Assembly: GCA_963667665.2 (NCBI GenBank)
Contig: OY763927.2
Span: 1,600,001 to 1,664,000 of the forward strand
Direction: 5' to 3'
Length of the DNA: 64,000 nucleotides
Source: Nitrosopumilus sp.
GTDB lineage: Archaea > Thermoproteota > Nitrososphaeria > Nitrososphaerales > Nitrosopumilaceae
In this document: in pieces, positions 10,385 through 18,688 of the stretch
Layout of the letters: every line of letters starts with the position of its first letter
How positions within the stretch are numbered: the first letter of the stretch is position 1
Program-made: the position numbers and the translations under genes
The notes under the pieces: model-generated
Database searches by the model: none
The model's input: only the letters and a program-made list of their open reading frames with translations
What the model was told of the DNA's origin: nothing

Positions 10385-10717
10385 ATGAGATTAAGTATTA
10401 TTGTTTTAATTTTGGTTTTAGCTGTTGGAAGTGTTGTCATTCTTTTAGGCTTTCTTACAAACCAAGAATATGTAGAGGTACCTGAAATCTCTAATCAATA
10501 TGAAAATTTAGAGAAATACAAGAATGAATTAGAAAAAATAAATCAATTCAATCAACAAATCTTAAAAGATTTGGAAGAACAGATCAAAAACTCTACTAAT
10601 ATTTATCTAGATCCAATAAATGAAGAAATCATAATAATAAAACAAGTTGTTAATGAAAACAAAGAAGAACTTGAACGGGTAATTGAAAAATTGTCCCAAA
10701 TGGAATCTAAACCCTAA
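10385..10717 (+). CDS. hypothetical membrane-anchored coiled-coil protein
   Basis: N-terminal TM helix followed by E/K/N-rich heptads. Confidence 0.6.
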   Translation: MRLSIIVLILVLAVGSVVILLGFLTNQEYVEVPEISNQYENLEKYKNELEKINQFNQQILKDLEEQIKNSTNIYLDPINEEIIIIKQVVNENKEELERVIEKLSQMESKP

Positions 10718-10936
10718 CCTAATGCTGATTTCCAGTTCTGGGAAATTTACATCATAATTATATCATATCTAATGGAGGTAATATTGGGTATGGCTAAGGG
10801 TGTATTTCTCTTTCTAGTAGGAAGTATTGTAGGATTTATTACAACACCACTTCTTTGAACATTTTTCTAAATTAGTACTAGTCATGTTATATTTTCTAGA
10901 CCGTAAGATTATAAGCAATTACTAGATCTTGCGATC

Positions 10937-11311
10937 ATGTCAGGGAATGAGATTGAAGTCCCAAAGGAATTACGAGAATTCATGCTAGAGAAAGCAGAAG
11001 AAACTTTCCTTGGACAAAAAAATGGAGCAAACAAACAATATCGTTATGGTAATTTACACATTAGAGAATATGATGATAAATTTCTAGTTCATACAGACAA
11101 AATTGATCCTAGAGAAAATCCAATTGGACATCTAATTCATGATGCACCTGAAGTTCTCGTTGGTCTTGCATGTGCTGCACTTGGTGGTGCAAAGGTTAGC
11201 TCAATTCTAAAGAAAAAAAAATCTTCAGTTGCAGGAATAATGAGTTCTTTAGTTTTAGGTTATGCAGGATATCTAATTACAAAAAAACTCAAAGACTCAA
11301 AGGTGAAATAA
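10937..11311 (+). CDS. hypothetical membrane protein
   Basis: 124-aa ORF, QYRYGNLHIREYDD...HLIHDAPE, two C-terminal hydrophobic helices, TTATAA upstream. Confidence 0.7.
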   Translation: MSGNEIEVPKELREFMLEKAEETFLGQKNGANKQYRYGNLHIREYDDKFLVHTDKIDPRENPIGHLIHDAPEVLVGLACAALGGAKVSSILKKKKSSVAGIMSSLVLGYAGYLITKKLKDSKVK

Positions 11312-11312
11312 T

Positions 11313-12854
11313 ATCTTAACTATTCATACAATCCATGTTATCATCAAGCTTTTACCATCTCTGGTTGCTCTAAGAAAACACAGAAAAGAGTGGGTACAAA
11401 AAGAAGGAAAAAATATTAACCAAGAAAAATTCCGCAAAAATGCAAGACGTGTTTTAAAAATCTGCATTGAGCTAGGACCAGTTTACATAAAGCTAGGACA
11501 ATGGCTTTCATCTCGAGCAGATATTTTACCACAACCATACATGGAAGAGCTTGCAAAGCTACAAGATGATGTTCCAGCAGTACCATTTGATAAAGTCAAA
11601 CCAACTATAGAAAAAGACATTGGAGATATCAATGAAAAATTTGATGAATTTGAAACAAAAGAGCTATCAGGAGCTTCACTAGGTATAGTATATCGAGGAA
11701 AAATAAATGGACAACAAGTAGTAGTCAAGGTCAAGCGTCCAGGAATTGCAAAGATGGTCAATGATGAAATACAAGTTCTAAAAAATATTCTACCAATTGG
11801 AATGCGTTTTGTTGATCCCAATCTACGATTCTCAGTTGATGCAATGCTTGCACAATTTATTGAAACCATTCATGAAGAAATGGATTACATTAAAGAGTCT
11901 CAAAATCTAAAAACAATTTCAAAAAATGTTAAAGAATACAAAAATGTCATTGTACCCAAAGTGTATGATGAGTATACCACAAAAGATGTCATTACTATGG
12001 AGTATATTCCAGGTATCAAAATTACAGATATTGAAGCACTTGACAAACTAGGACTAGATAGACAAAAACTAGTCATAGATGTACATAAGGTTTTTTTTAC
12101 AATGCTACTCAGGCACGCAATATTTCATGCAGACCCACATCCAGGTAACATATCAGTTGGTAATGAAGGTCAGATAATCCTGTATGACTATGGAATGGTT
12201 GGTAGAATAGATAATGAAACAAGATTGCGATTAATCCGATTGTACTTGGCACTAGTTGAAAAAGATCCATCAAGAACAGTGACTGCAATGAGTGATCTAG
12301 GAATGCTAATGCCAGACTATAACAAAACAGTAATTGAGAAAGCCGTACAGATGACAGTGCAAGCAATGCATGGTAGAAAACCAGAAGAGATGGAAGTAAA
12401 AATGTTAATGGAGCTTGCAAACAAAACAATGAGCAAATTTCCATTTATGTTGCCCAAAAATCTTGCACTATACATGAGAATGTCTTCAATCATAGAGGGA
12501 ATCTATCATACACACAAAGTCAACTTCAAGTTTGTTAAAGTTCTAAAACAAATTCTAGAAGAAGAACACCTAATCAAAGATGCATACATTGAAGAGATAA
12601 AACATTCTTTTACAAAGTTTGCAAAATCAATTGAAGATACCATTACAATAGCTCCCGAAATAAAGCGATTCATGGATGAGAATAGAATGTATATGCAAAG
12701 TACAAAATCTAATGTTCTCTTATCAGGTAGTATTTTATCATCTGCAATCTTCATTGGTGGTGCACTAATTTATTCATCAAACGAAACAGCTGGTATAGCT
12801 GGAATGATTGGAGCTCTAGCTGTAATAGCAATATTTGCAAAATTTAGAAAATAA
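11313..12854 (+). CDS. ABC1/AarF/UbiB-family atypical kinase; probable ATC start
   Basis: ELGPVYIKLGQWLSSRADILP (upstream of track start 11541), ASLGIVY, VVVKVKRP, FHADPHPGN, YDYGMVG; two C-terminal TMs. Confidence 0.9.
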   Translation: MLTIHTIHVIIKLLPSLVALRKHRKEWVQKEGKNINQEKFRKNARRVLKICIELGPVYIKLGQWLSSRADILPQPYMEELAKLQDDVPAVPFDKVKPTIEKDIGDINEKFDEFETKELSGASLGIVYRGKINGQQVVVKVKRPGIAKMVNDEIQVLKNILPIGMRFVDPNLRFSVDAMLAQFIETIHEEMDYIKESQNLKTISKNVKEYKNVIVPKVYDEYTTKDVITMEYIPGIKITDIEALDKLGLDRQKLVIDVHKVFFTMLLRHAIFHADPHPGNISVGNEGQIILYDYGMVGRIDNETRLRLIRLYLALVEKDPSRTVTAMSDLGMLMPDYNKTVIEKAVQMTVQAMHGRKPEEMEVKMLMELANKTMSKFPFMLPKNLALYMRMSSIIEGIYHTHKVNFKFVKVLKQILEEEHLIKDAYIEEIKHSFTKFAKSIEDTITIAPEIKRFMDENRMYMQSTKSNVLLSGSILSSAIFIGGALIYSSNETAGIAGMIGALAVIAIFAKFRK

Positions 12855-12856
12855 AA

Positions 12857-13231
12857 TTATTGAATAGGAATACTTTTTTCAGTATTCTCAATTGGAATTG
12901 TAATTGTTAGAACACCTTCAGCATATTTCGCAGAATTAACTTGCTCTTCACCTTCTTTGATTCTCATTGGAAGTTTAATTTTTTTATCAATAATGTCTGG
13001 TCGTTGTTTCCAAATTATAGTGCCAGTAATCGCTTCATCTTTTTTTGCATTAATTGAAAGAACATTTCCATGAATCGATAGTTTAATTTCTTTTTTTGAA
13101 AATCCTGGAATATCAATTTTAATAATTAGATTATCATTTACTTCAATCATGTCAACTGGTGGCAATACAAACTCGTAGAATTCTCTTGATTTACTTCCAA
13201 TCTCTTTGATTACTTCTCTAACAAGTCCCAT
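12857..13231 (-). CDS. small heat shock protein (Hsp20/alpha-crystallin)
   Basis: PPVDMIE, IDIPGFSKKEIKL, AKYAEGVLTITIP. Confidence 0.93.
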   Translation of the reverse strand: MGLVREVIKEIGSKSREFYEFVLPPVDMIEVNDNLIIKIDIPGFSKKEIKLSIHGNVLSINAKKDEAITGTIIWKQRPDIIDKKIKLPMRIKEGEEQVNSAKYAEGVLTITIPIENTEKSIPIQ

Positions 13232-13405
13232 TTTGTGTTACATTCTCAATTTTTGGTTATAAACCTTGGTGGGATTTGGGTACTTATAGTATATCATCCA
13301 TTTTAAATAATTTAGTCCAGAAATGAAGCGACTCAAAATAATTACACTAAACGAATTTCGTAGTAACCCTTTGCCTTTTAACCATGTTTTCAAACTGTTA
13401 CATAA

Positions 13406-13729
13406 ATGCAAGGGGAAAGCATCCAATTCCAAAAGCCTAGAAGTACCATTTCAAGAAAACAGTTTCTGGAAAGAGTAATTGATTGGCATGAGGAGGGTAA
13501 TCATGTGATACAAATTCTAACATCATATGATCAAGATTATAGAAAAAAAATTTGTAGTGCATGCACAGAAGAGCAGCAACAAAAACGAAACTGTCTAGAA
13601 TTGGACATGTTTACAGACGAGGGAATTCAGCTAAAACATTGTAATCATATGGATAAAGCACGTGTCAGAAAACATAAACAGCTAATTAGAAATCATATGC
13701 AGTTACATCCTGCGCTTCAAATTATCTAG
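13406..13729 (+). CDS. hypothetical Cys/His-rich protein
   Basis: 107 aa with CSAC, C, HCNH; 3' end overlaps the convergent gene by 27 nt. Confidence 0.5.
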   Translation: MQGESIQFQKPRSTISRKQFLERVIDWHEEGNHVIQILTSYDQDYRKKICSACTEEQQQKRNCLELDMFTDEGIQLKHCNHMDKARVRKHKQLIRNHMQLHPALQII

Positions 13730-14719
13730 CTCATCTGAAAGAGCTTTTCTTTTTGGTACATATTCTGAAAAGAATGTCTCTTTCTTTACATGTTCTTTGA
13801 TTTTTTCTATTTCTCTACTAAGATTATTCATGGATTCAACAACTGCTTCTTCAGGAGAAATTCTCATTTTATTGTAGCATAAAGAATTCCTGTCAAGCAC
13901 ACGTCCAGTAATTTCTTTTGGTTTTTCGTATGGTTTATCATCATTGAATTTTCCAAATCTTCTGTAATTGTGAGATGCAGTATGAACACCATATAGAAAA
14001 GTGTAGGCTAACAATGATTTTTGGGGTGGAGTAGTATGGAAGTGCCCTTTTGTAACCGATGTCATGTTGCACCAAACATCTTTTCCAAAAATTCTCTGAG
14101 ATAGTCTTAGCCAATTAATGTAGTTGGTATCAAATGATGCAAATTTTACATTAAATCTTGGGTATTTTTTCTCAAGAATATAGTCTAGCTTTGCTGTAAA
14201 CAAGCCAGGAGTAACAATTTCTAAATCAATAGTTGGACAAATAATTTGATTGTGTGGATTTTCTAAATTTTCAAGATGAGATGCAAAATCTTCAACTGAC
14301 TGTTCTCTGTTGACCTCAATATCTGACAAAAATAATGTTTTTAGTGTCTTTTGAATTTCTAGAATAGACTGTCTTTCAGCCTCTCTTTTTTTGTAATTTT
14401 TTATAAAATCATAGCCAATATCTAAAATACTGTTTGGATATTTGTCCTTCAAATCAGTATATTTTGAAATGATATTATTTTTTGTCTGCTTTAGTGTAAG
14501 CGGACTTCTTATCTGCACCTGATGGTACAGCTATACAAGATTAGTATCAAAACTAGTCTTCAAATCTTCTGCTTTTTCCAATTCACTTTTTATTACAGCA
14601 ATATTTGGAAATTCAATTTTTTTACCATCAATGGTAACCTCAATTACATTTACGCCCAACATCTGATCTTTAACATCTGTTTTTTCTTTTGCAATATTTT
14701 CTACAAGTAATTCAGTCAA
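13703..14719 (-). pseudogene. ~338-codon gene interrupted by a single in-frame TAG (14531-14533); possible TGT-like TIM-barrel protein
   Basis: Track ORFs 14531..14794 and 13703..14518 are in the same frame: DTNLV-TAG-LYHQVQIRSPL. Likely TTG start at 14719. Fold call is inference from motif resemblance. Confidence 0.6.
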
Positions 14720-14729
14720 TTTTATGTTT

Positions 14730-14751
14730 TGGGTATATTCCAATATACCCA
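14730..14751. promoter_or_regulatory. perfect 10-bp inverted repeat, candidate operator
   Basis: TGGGTATATT-CC-AATATACCCA between divergent starts at 14719 (-) and 14818 (+). Confidence 0.5.
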
Positions 14752-14817
14752 CATACACTACATGCAAACATAAATGCTGGTTTTGTTGGCTCATTAGTAT
14801 AATACCATGATCTATTT

Positions 14818-14973
14818 TTGAATGATATTATTTTTGCTTGTCCTGCATGTAAAATGGAAATGGAAAAAGAATTTATAAATACAAAATCAAAGAGAAAAAT
14901 TACATATTTTGTAAATTGGTATTGCAGTACGTGTGAACATAGGGATTTTTCTCAGCACGATGTAAAATTTTAG
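14818..14973 (+). CDS. zinc-ribbon microprotein (51 aa)
   Basis: TTG start; MNDIIFACPACKMEMEKEFINTKSKRKITYFVNWYCSTCEHRDFSQHDVKF*, two CxxC. Confidence 0.65.
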   Translation: MNDIIFACPACKMEMEKEFINTKSKRKITYFVNWYCSTCEHRDFSQHDVKF

Positions 14974-15058
14974 AAATTAACACAAGTCTGCATATTGCAT
15001 TAAACGATCGATACTGTCAATAATGGATAGCATTATGGTATAGTGTCGGTGAAAAATT

Positions 15059-16378
15059 ATCAAAGAAAAAAAATTCCGCGATCCAATACATGATTTTATT
15101 ACAGTAGATCAATACGAATTAGAAATTATCAACTCTCCAATGTTTCAGAGAATGCACAACATAAAGCAACTAAGCCTTGGATACTATGTTTACCATGGAA
15201 CAGATCATTCAAGATTTGGACACATGATAGGTGCCATGCATTTGGCAGGAAAAGCATTTGATTCTATGAAAATAAATTCTGAAAAATTTGGATCATTTGA
15301 TCCTGATGATACAGACAGAGCAACTATTCGTATGGCAGCACTACTACATGATGTGGGACATGCACCATTTTCTCACTCCCTTGAGAGTCTACTAGATGAT
15401 GACCATGAAGATTATTCTCAATATCTAATTGATTATTATTTTAAGGACCATATTGAGAGTGCAGGAGTAAAGACAGAAGACGTAAAGAATTTGATTATTG
15501 GCGCATACAAAAAGCCATACTTGAGTAAAATTGTCAGCGGACAACTAGATGTTGACAGACTTGACTATCTTCTTCGTGACTCTTACTATGCAGGAGTAAC
15601 ATACGGTCTGTATGATTTGGGACGGATAATTGATCAATTAGCAATAGTTGATGGAAAATTTGTTGTATTAGAGGGAGGATATGAGGCAGTAGAACAGTTA
15701 ATCTTTGCAAGATATCAAATGTATCAGCAAGTATACTTCCACAAAACAAAAAGAGCGTTTGAGCTGATGCTACAAAAGTGTGGGCAGATTTTAAAAGATA
15801 ACGGACTGTTGGAAATTCCTTCACTCAAAGATCTAAAAACAGCAGAAGGTCAAGAGGAATATTTTAAATGCGATGATAGATGGTTCCAAAATAAAATTTA
15901 TGATGAAAAAAATCCTCCAGAAGTAAAGGTAATTGCAGACATGATAAAAAAGAGAAGACCATTCAATGAGACCTATTCTCCTAGTACATACAGAAAGCCT
16001 GAGGACTCTCCAAGTGCAGGGCCTGATAATTCTGTTAAAGTATTAGAGCCAATACAAAAAGCACTAAAAAAGAAATTGCCAGAGCTTGGAATAGAAGAGC
16101 ATGAATTTCTAACAGATGTAACAGAGAGATCTCCGTATAATTTAGTCCCTGACTATGTGGCAGAGCATGACAATACAAAAGAGAGCAATGCAATTAGAAT
16201 TTTTTACAAGCATAACAAATATTCTGAGCCAATTGAAAAAAGATCTCATGTTGTGTATACTCTGGCGGCAAATCCTCCGCATATGATGCGTGGCTTTGTA
16301 ATTCCTGAGAAATATAATAAAGTCAAAGAATATCTCAAGGATACCTTTGATTATATTATTCCAGAAAGGGAAATCTAG
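15059..16378 (+). CDS. HD-domain phosphohydrolase, dNTP triphosphohydrolase (SAMHD1/YwfO, COG1078) type
   Basis: FRDPIHDFI (upstream of track start 15140), FQRMHNIKQL, HSRFGHMIG, LLHDVGHAPFSH, DVDRLDYLLRDS, RYQMYQQVYFH; exact start uncertain. Confidence 0.88.
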   Translation: MKEKKFRDPIHDFITVDQYELEIINSPMFQRMHNIKQLSLGYYVYHGTDHSRFGHMIGAMHLAGKAFDSMKINSEKFGSFDPDDTDRATIRMAALLHDVGHAPFSHSLESLLDDDHEDYSQYLIDYYFKDHIESAGVKTEDVKNLIIGAYKKPYLSKIVSGQLDVDRLDYLLRDSYYAGVTYGLYDLGRIIDQLAIVDGKFVVLEGGYEAVEQLIFARYQMYQQVYFHKTKRAFELMLQKCGQILKDNGLLEIPSLKDLKTAEGQEEYFKCDDRWFQNKIYDEKNPPEVKVIADMIKKRRPFNETYSPSTYRKPEDSPSAGPDNSVKVLEPIQKALKKKLPELGIEEHEFLTDVTERSPYNLVPDYVAEHDNTKESNAIRIFYKHNKYSEPIEKRSHVVYTLAANPPHMMRGFVIPEKYNKVKEYLKDTFDYIIPEREI

Positions 16379-16452
16379 TCATGAATAATATTATAACTAT
16401 GTTCCTATTACTTGAAAATACGTATACAAATGTTCGAGAGATGTGATTAGAT

Positions 16453-17025
16453 ATGGCAATTGATAATTTAACAAAAGAAGACATTGTACTGTCTTTAATC
16501 AAAAAAGCCACAGACTATCAAGGAACAGACAGTAGTGGAATTAATGGCAAAAAGGCATTGCAAAAAAGCCTGTATCTTTTCAATCAGAAATTTAGCATGT
16601 TTAGTTATAGGTGGGGAGACTATGGCCCTCTTTGTGGTGAAATTCAGCATATTGCTGAAGATCTAATCATAAAAGGACACGTGGTAATTACTAATGTTCC
16701 AACAAAAAAGCAAGAGGCTGTAATTCAAAATTTACAATTCTCAGCACCTGCTTTTGACGTTGAAATCCCTGAAAGTGTAAATCATGAATTAGACGAGATT
16801 GTATCCTTTGTTGCAGGCAGATCTCCACGAGATCTGGAATTACTGGCATCTGTTCATTTCTGGGCAGTACGTCAGCAGGAATTGATGGATGAATACTCTG
16901 CAGAATATGTTCTAGAAAAACTAACAGAGCTAAAGCCTGATGCACATTTTACCAAAAAGGACGTTGAATATGCAATTGAAGTTTTAGAAACACACGAATA
17001 TCTTATTTCTGAAGAAAGCGACTAA
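16453..17025 (+). CDS. YwgA-like / Panacea (DUF4065, SocA-like) winged-helix protein
   Basis: INGKKALQKSLYLF...FSYRWGDYGPLCGEI and LELLASVHF match the LQKxxY/YGP/LEL signature. Confidence 0.72.
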   Translation: MAIDNLTKEDIVLSLIKKATDYQGTDSSGINGKKALQKSLYLFNQKFSMFSYRWGDYGPLCGEIQHIAEDLIIKGHVVITNVPTKKQEAVIQNLQFSAPAFDVEIPESVNHELDEIVSFVAGRSPRDLELLASVHFWAVRQQELMDEYSAEYVLEKLTELKPDAHFTKKDVEYAIEVLETHEYLISEESD

Positions 17026-17084
17026 TTATTTTTTATATTATTAAATGCGCAAATTCTATTATCTATCTCTTTCATTTACACATA

Positions 17085-17258
17085 TTGGGTGGATTAGGAA
17101 AATGTCCTTGTTGCAAGGAATGGATAAATCTTACAGAGTATCATGACAAGGAATTAAACGTCAAGGTAATGGTTTGCAGAGCATGTCATGACATTATAGA
17201 GGAATACATCAAAGTTCAAGCAATATGTGGCAAAAAAACAAAAAGAAAACGATCATGA
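17085..17258 (+). CDS. HNH-like zinc-finger microprotein (57 aa)
   Basis: TTG start; MGGLGKCPCCKEWINLTEYHDKELNVKVMVCRACHDIIEEYIKVQAICGKKTKRKRS*. Confidence 0.65.
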   Translation: MGGLGKCPCCKEWINLTEYHDKELNVKVMVCRACHDIIEEYIKVQAICGKKTKRKRS

Positions 17259-17326
17259 AAAGATCTACAGCATGAGTAAAAAAATAAAATTAGTATTGCA
17301 TCTGTAGATCTGCAAAAAATTTTGTA

Positions 17327-17737
17327 TTGACGAGTTTTACTGATGTAATCGATGACATATTTGACAATACCAATTCAGATGAGGATTTTATTTACGAGGT
17401 ATGGTACATAACGTCTCAGCTTACAACTTATTCTACTGACATTGGAGAATTCCCTAGATATGCATTAGAAACTCTGAGTCGTGGTGGTGGAGATTGTGAG
17501 GATACTGCCATACTGATTGCAGACATGCTACGATCATCTACACATACAAAAAATTGGACTATACAATTAGTCTATTTTGATTCAGATAGTCCTAGTTTGG
17601 CCTTGGATGTTAACCATGTTGCAGTTTTAGTAGATACTGGAAAGTATAGCTATATTGTAGAGTCTACAGCAAAAGATGATGTTACCATGAATATGTGGAA
17701 CAATGCAAATATTTCCGGCTGGTTCTACGATGTCTAA
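17327..17737 (+). pseudogene. C-terminal fragment of a transglutaminase-like cysteine protease
   Basis: PRYALETLSRGGGDCEDTAILIADML and NHVAVLV catalytic motifs; no signal peptide or N-terminal domain; may still be a short functional protein. Confidence 0.65.
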
Positions 17738-17887
17738 TTTCTCTGCAAAAAATTTCAAGAAATATACTAATTTGTTGAAAAATTAGGGCATTTTTTTGTG
17801 TTATATTTACACCAGTGTTCTATACCTTGATAGATTTCTGGGTAAAATTTGATGATAGACAATTTTTTTATTAAAATAAAAAAGAAT

Positions 17888-18013
17888 TTAGAATTTTCGT
17901 GAATCGCCCTCTAAAAGACCTGAACCATGATGAATTCTATCAATGTGTTTTGAAAGATCTTCTTTATTCTCAAAAACTGATTCACAGTAAGGACATTTAA
18001 TTTCATCAGTCAT
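17888..18013 (-). CDS. C2H2 zinc-finger microprotein (41 aa)
   Basis: MTDEIKCPYCESVFENKEDLSKHIDRIHHGSGLLEGDSRKF*. Confidence 0.8.
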   Translation of the reverse strand: MTDEIKCPYCESVFENKEDLSKHIDRIHHGSGLLEGDSRKF

Positions 18014-18106
18014 AATTGTACATTGGTAAAGGTGTTATTAAATAATTTTCCAATTATTTAACATGATAGATTTTTTAATCAATTAATTTCTCTGTTTTGG
18101 TAACTT

Positions 18107-18688
18107 ATGATAATTGTAATTGAAGGCGGAGATCAAGCAGGCAAGTTAACTCAATCAACTTTGTTGGAAAAAGCACTTAAAAAAAGAAAGATCAAAACTA
18201 AAATATTTCATTTTCCTGACTATAAAACTCCAATAGGAAAAGAAATCAGAAAATATTTGGATGGAAAAAGAAAATTTCCTCCTCAAGTAATTCATTGTCT
18301 TTTAGCTGCAAATAGATGGGAAAAACTAAATGAAATTTTATTAGCTCAAGAAAAAAATTCGGTTCTAATTATGAATCGATATTATCATTCTAATTTGATT
18401 TATGGTATAGCAAATGGTATGAAGGAAAAATGGCTTGAGAATCTTGATGTTGGTCTTCCAAAAGCTGATCTTGTAATTTTACTTGATGTCACACAAAAAG
18501 AATCATTTCATAGACAGAAAACTCACAGAGACAAATTCGAAAAAAATGAAGAATTTTTAAGAAAAATATCTAAAATCTATCGAACAACTGCTAAGAAAAA
18601 ACATTGGAAAATAATTGATGCTTCAAAATCTAAACAAGAAATACATGAAGAAATTTTGAAAATATTCTCAAAGAAAATAAGATTATGA
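18107..18688 (+). CDS. tmk: thymidylate kinase
   Basis: IVIEGGDQAGKLTQ P-loop, FPDY.TPIG, NRYYHSNLIYG, LPKADLVILLD. Confidence 0.94.
   Translation: MIIVIEGGDQAGKLTQSTLLEKALKKRKIKTKIFHFPDYKTPIGKEIRKYLDGKRKFPPQVIHCLLAANRWEKLNEILLAQEKNSVLIMNRYYHSNLIYGIANGMKEKWLENLDVGLPKADLVILLDVTQKESFHRQKTHRDKFEKNEEFLRKISKIYRTTAKKKHWKIIDASKSKQEIHEEILKIFSKKIRL

Noticed and set aside
10718-10858. Hydrophobic in-frame continuation after the TAA of 10385..10717, containing a 28-aa ORF MEVILGMAKG...
   Set aside because: No RBS or promoter evidence and no recognisable family; may be a remnant but cannot be supported.
13238-13478. ORFs 13238..13432 (-) and 13323..13478 (+, 51 aa)
   Set aside because: They overlap each other, the hsp20 promoter and the 107-aa ORF; no motifs.
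14531-14533. Pyrrolysine recoding of the in-frame TAG
   Set aside because: No pyl genes or tRNA-Pyl in the window and TAG is used as a normal stop by many genes here; nonsense mutation or error is more parsimonious.
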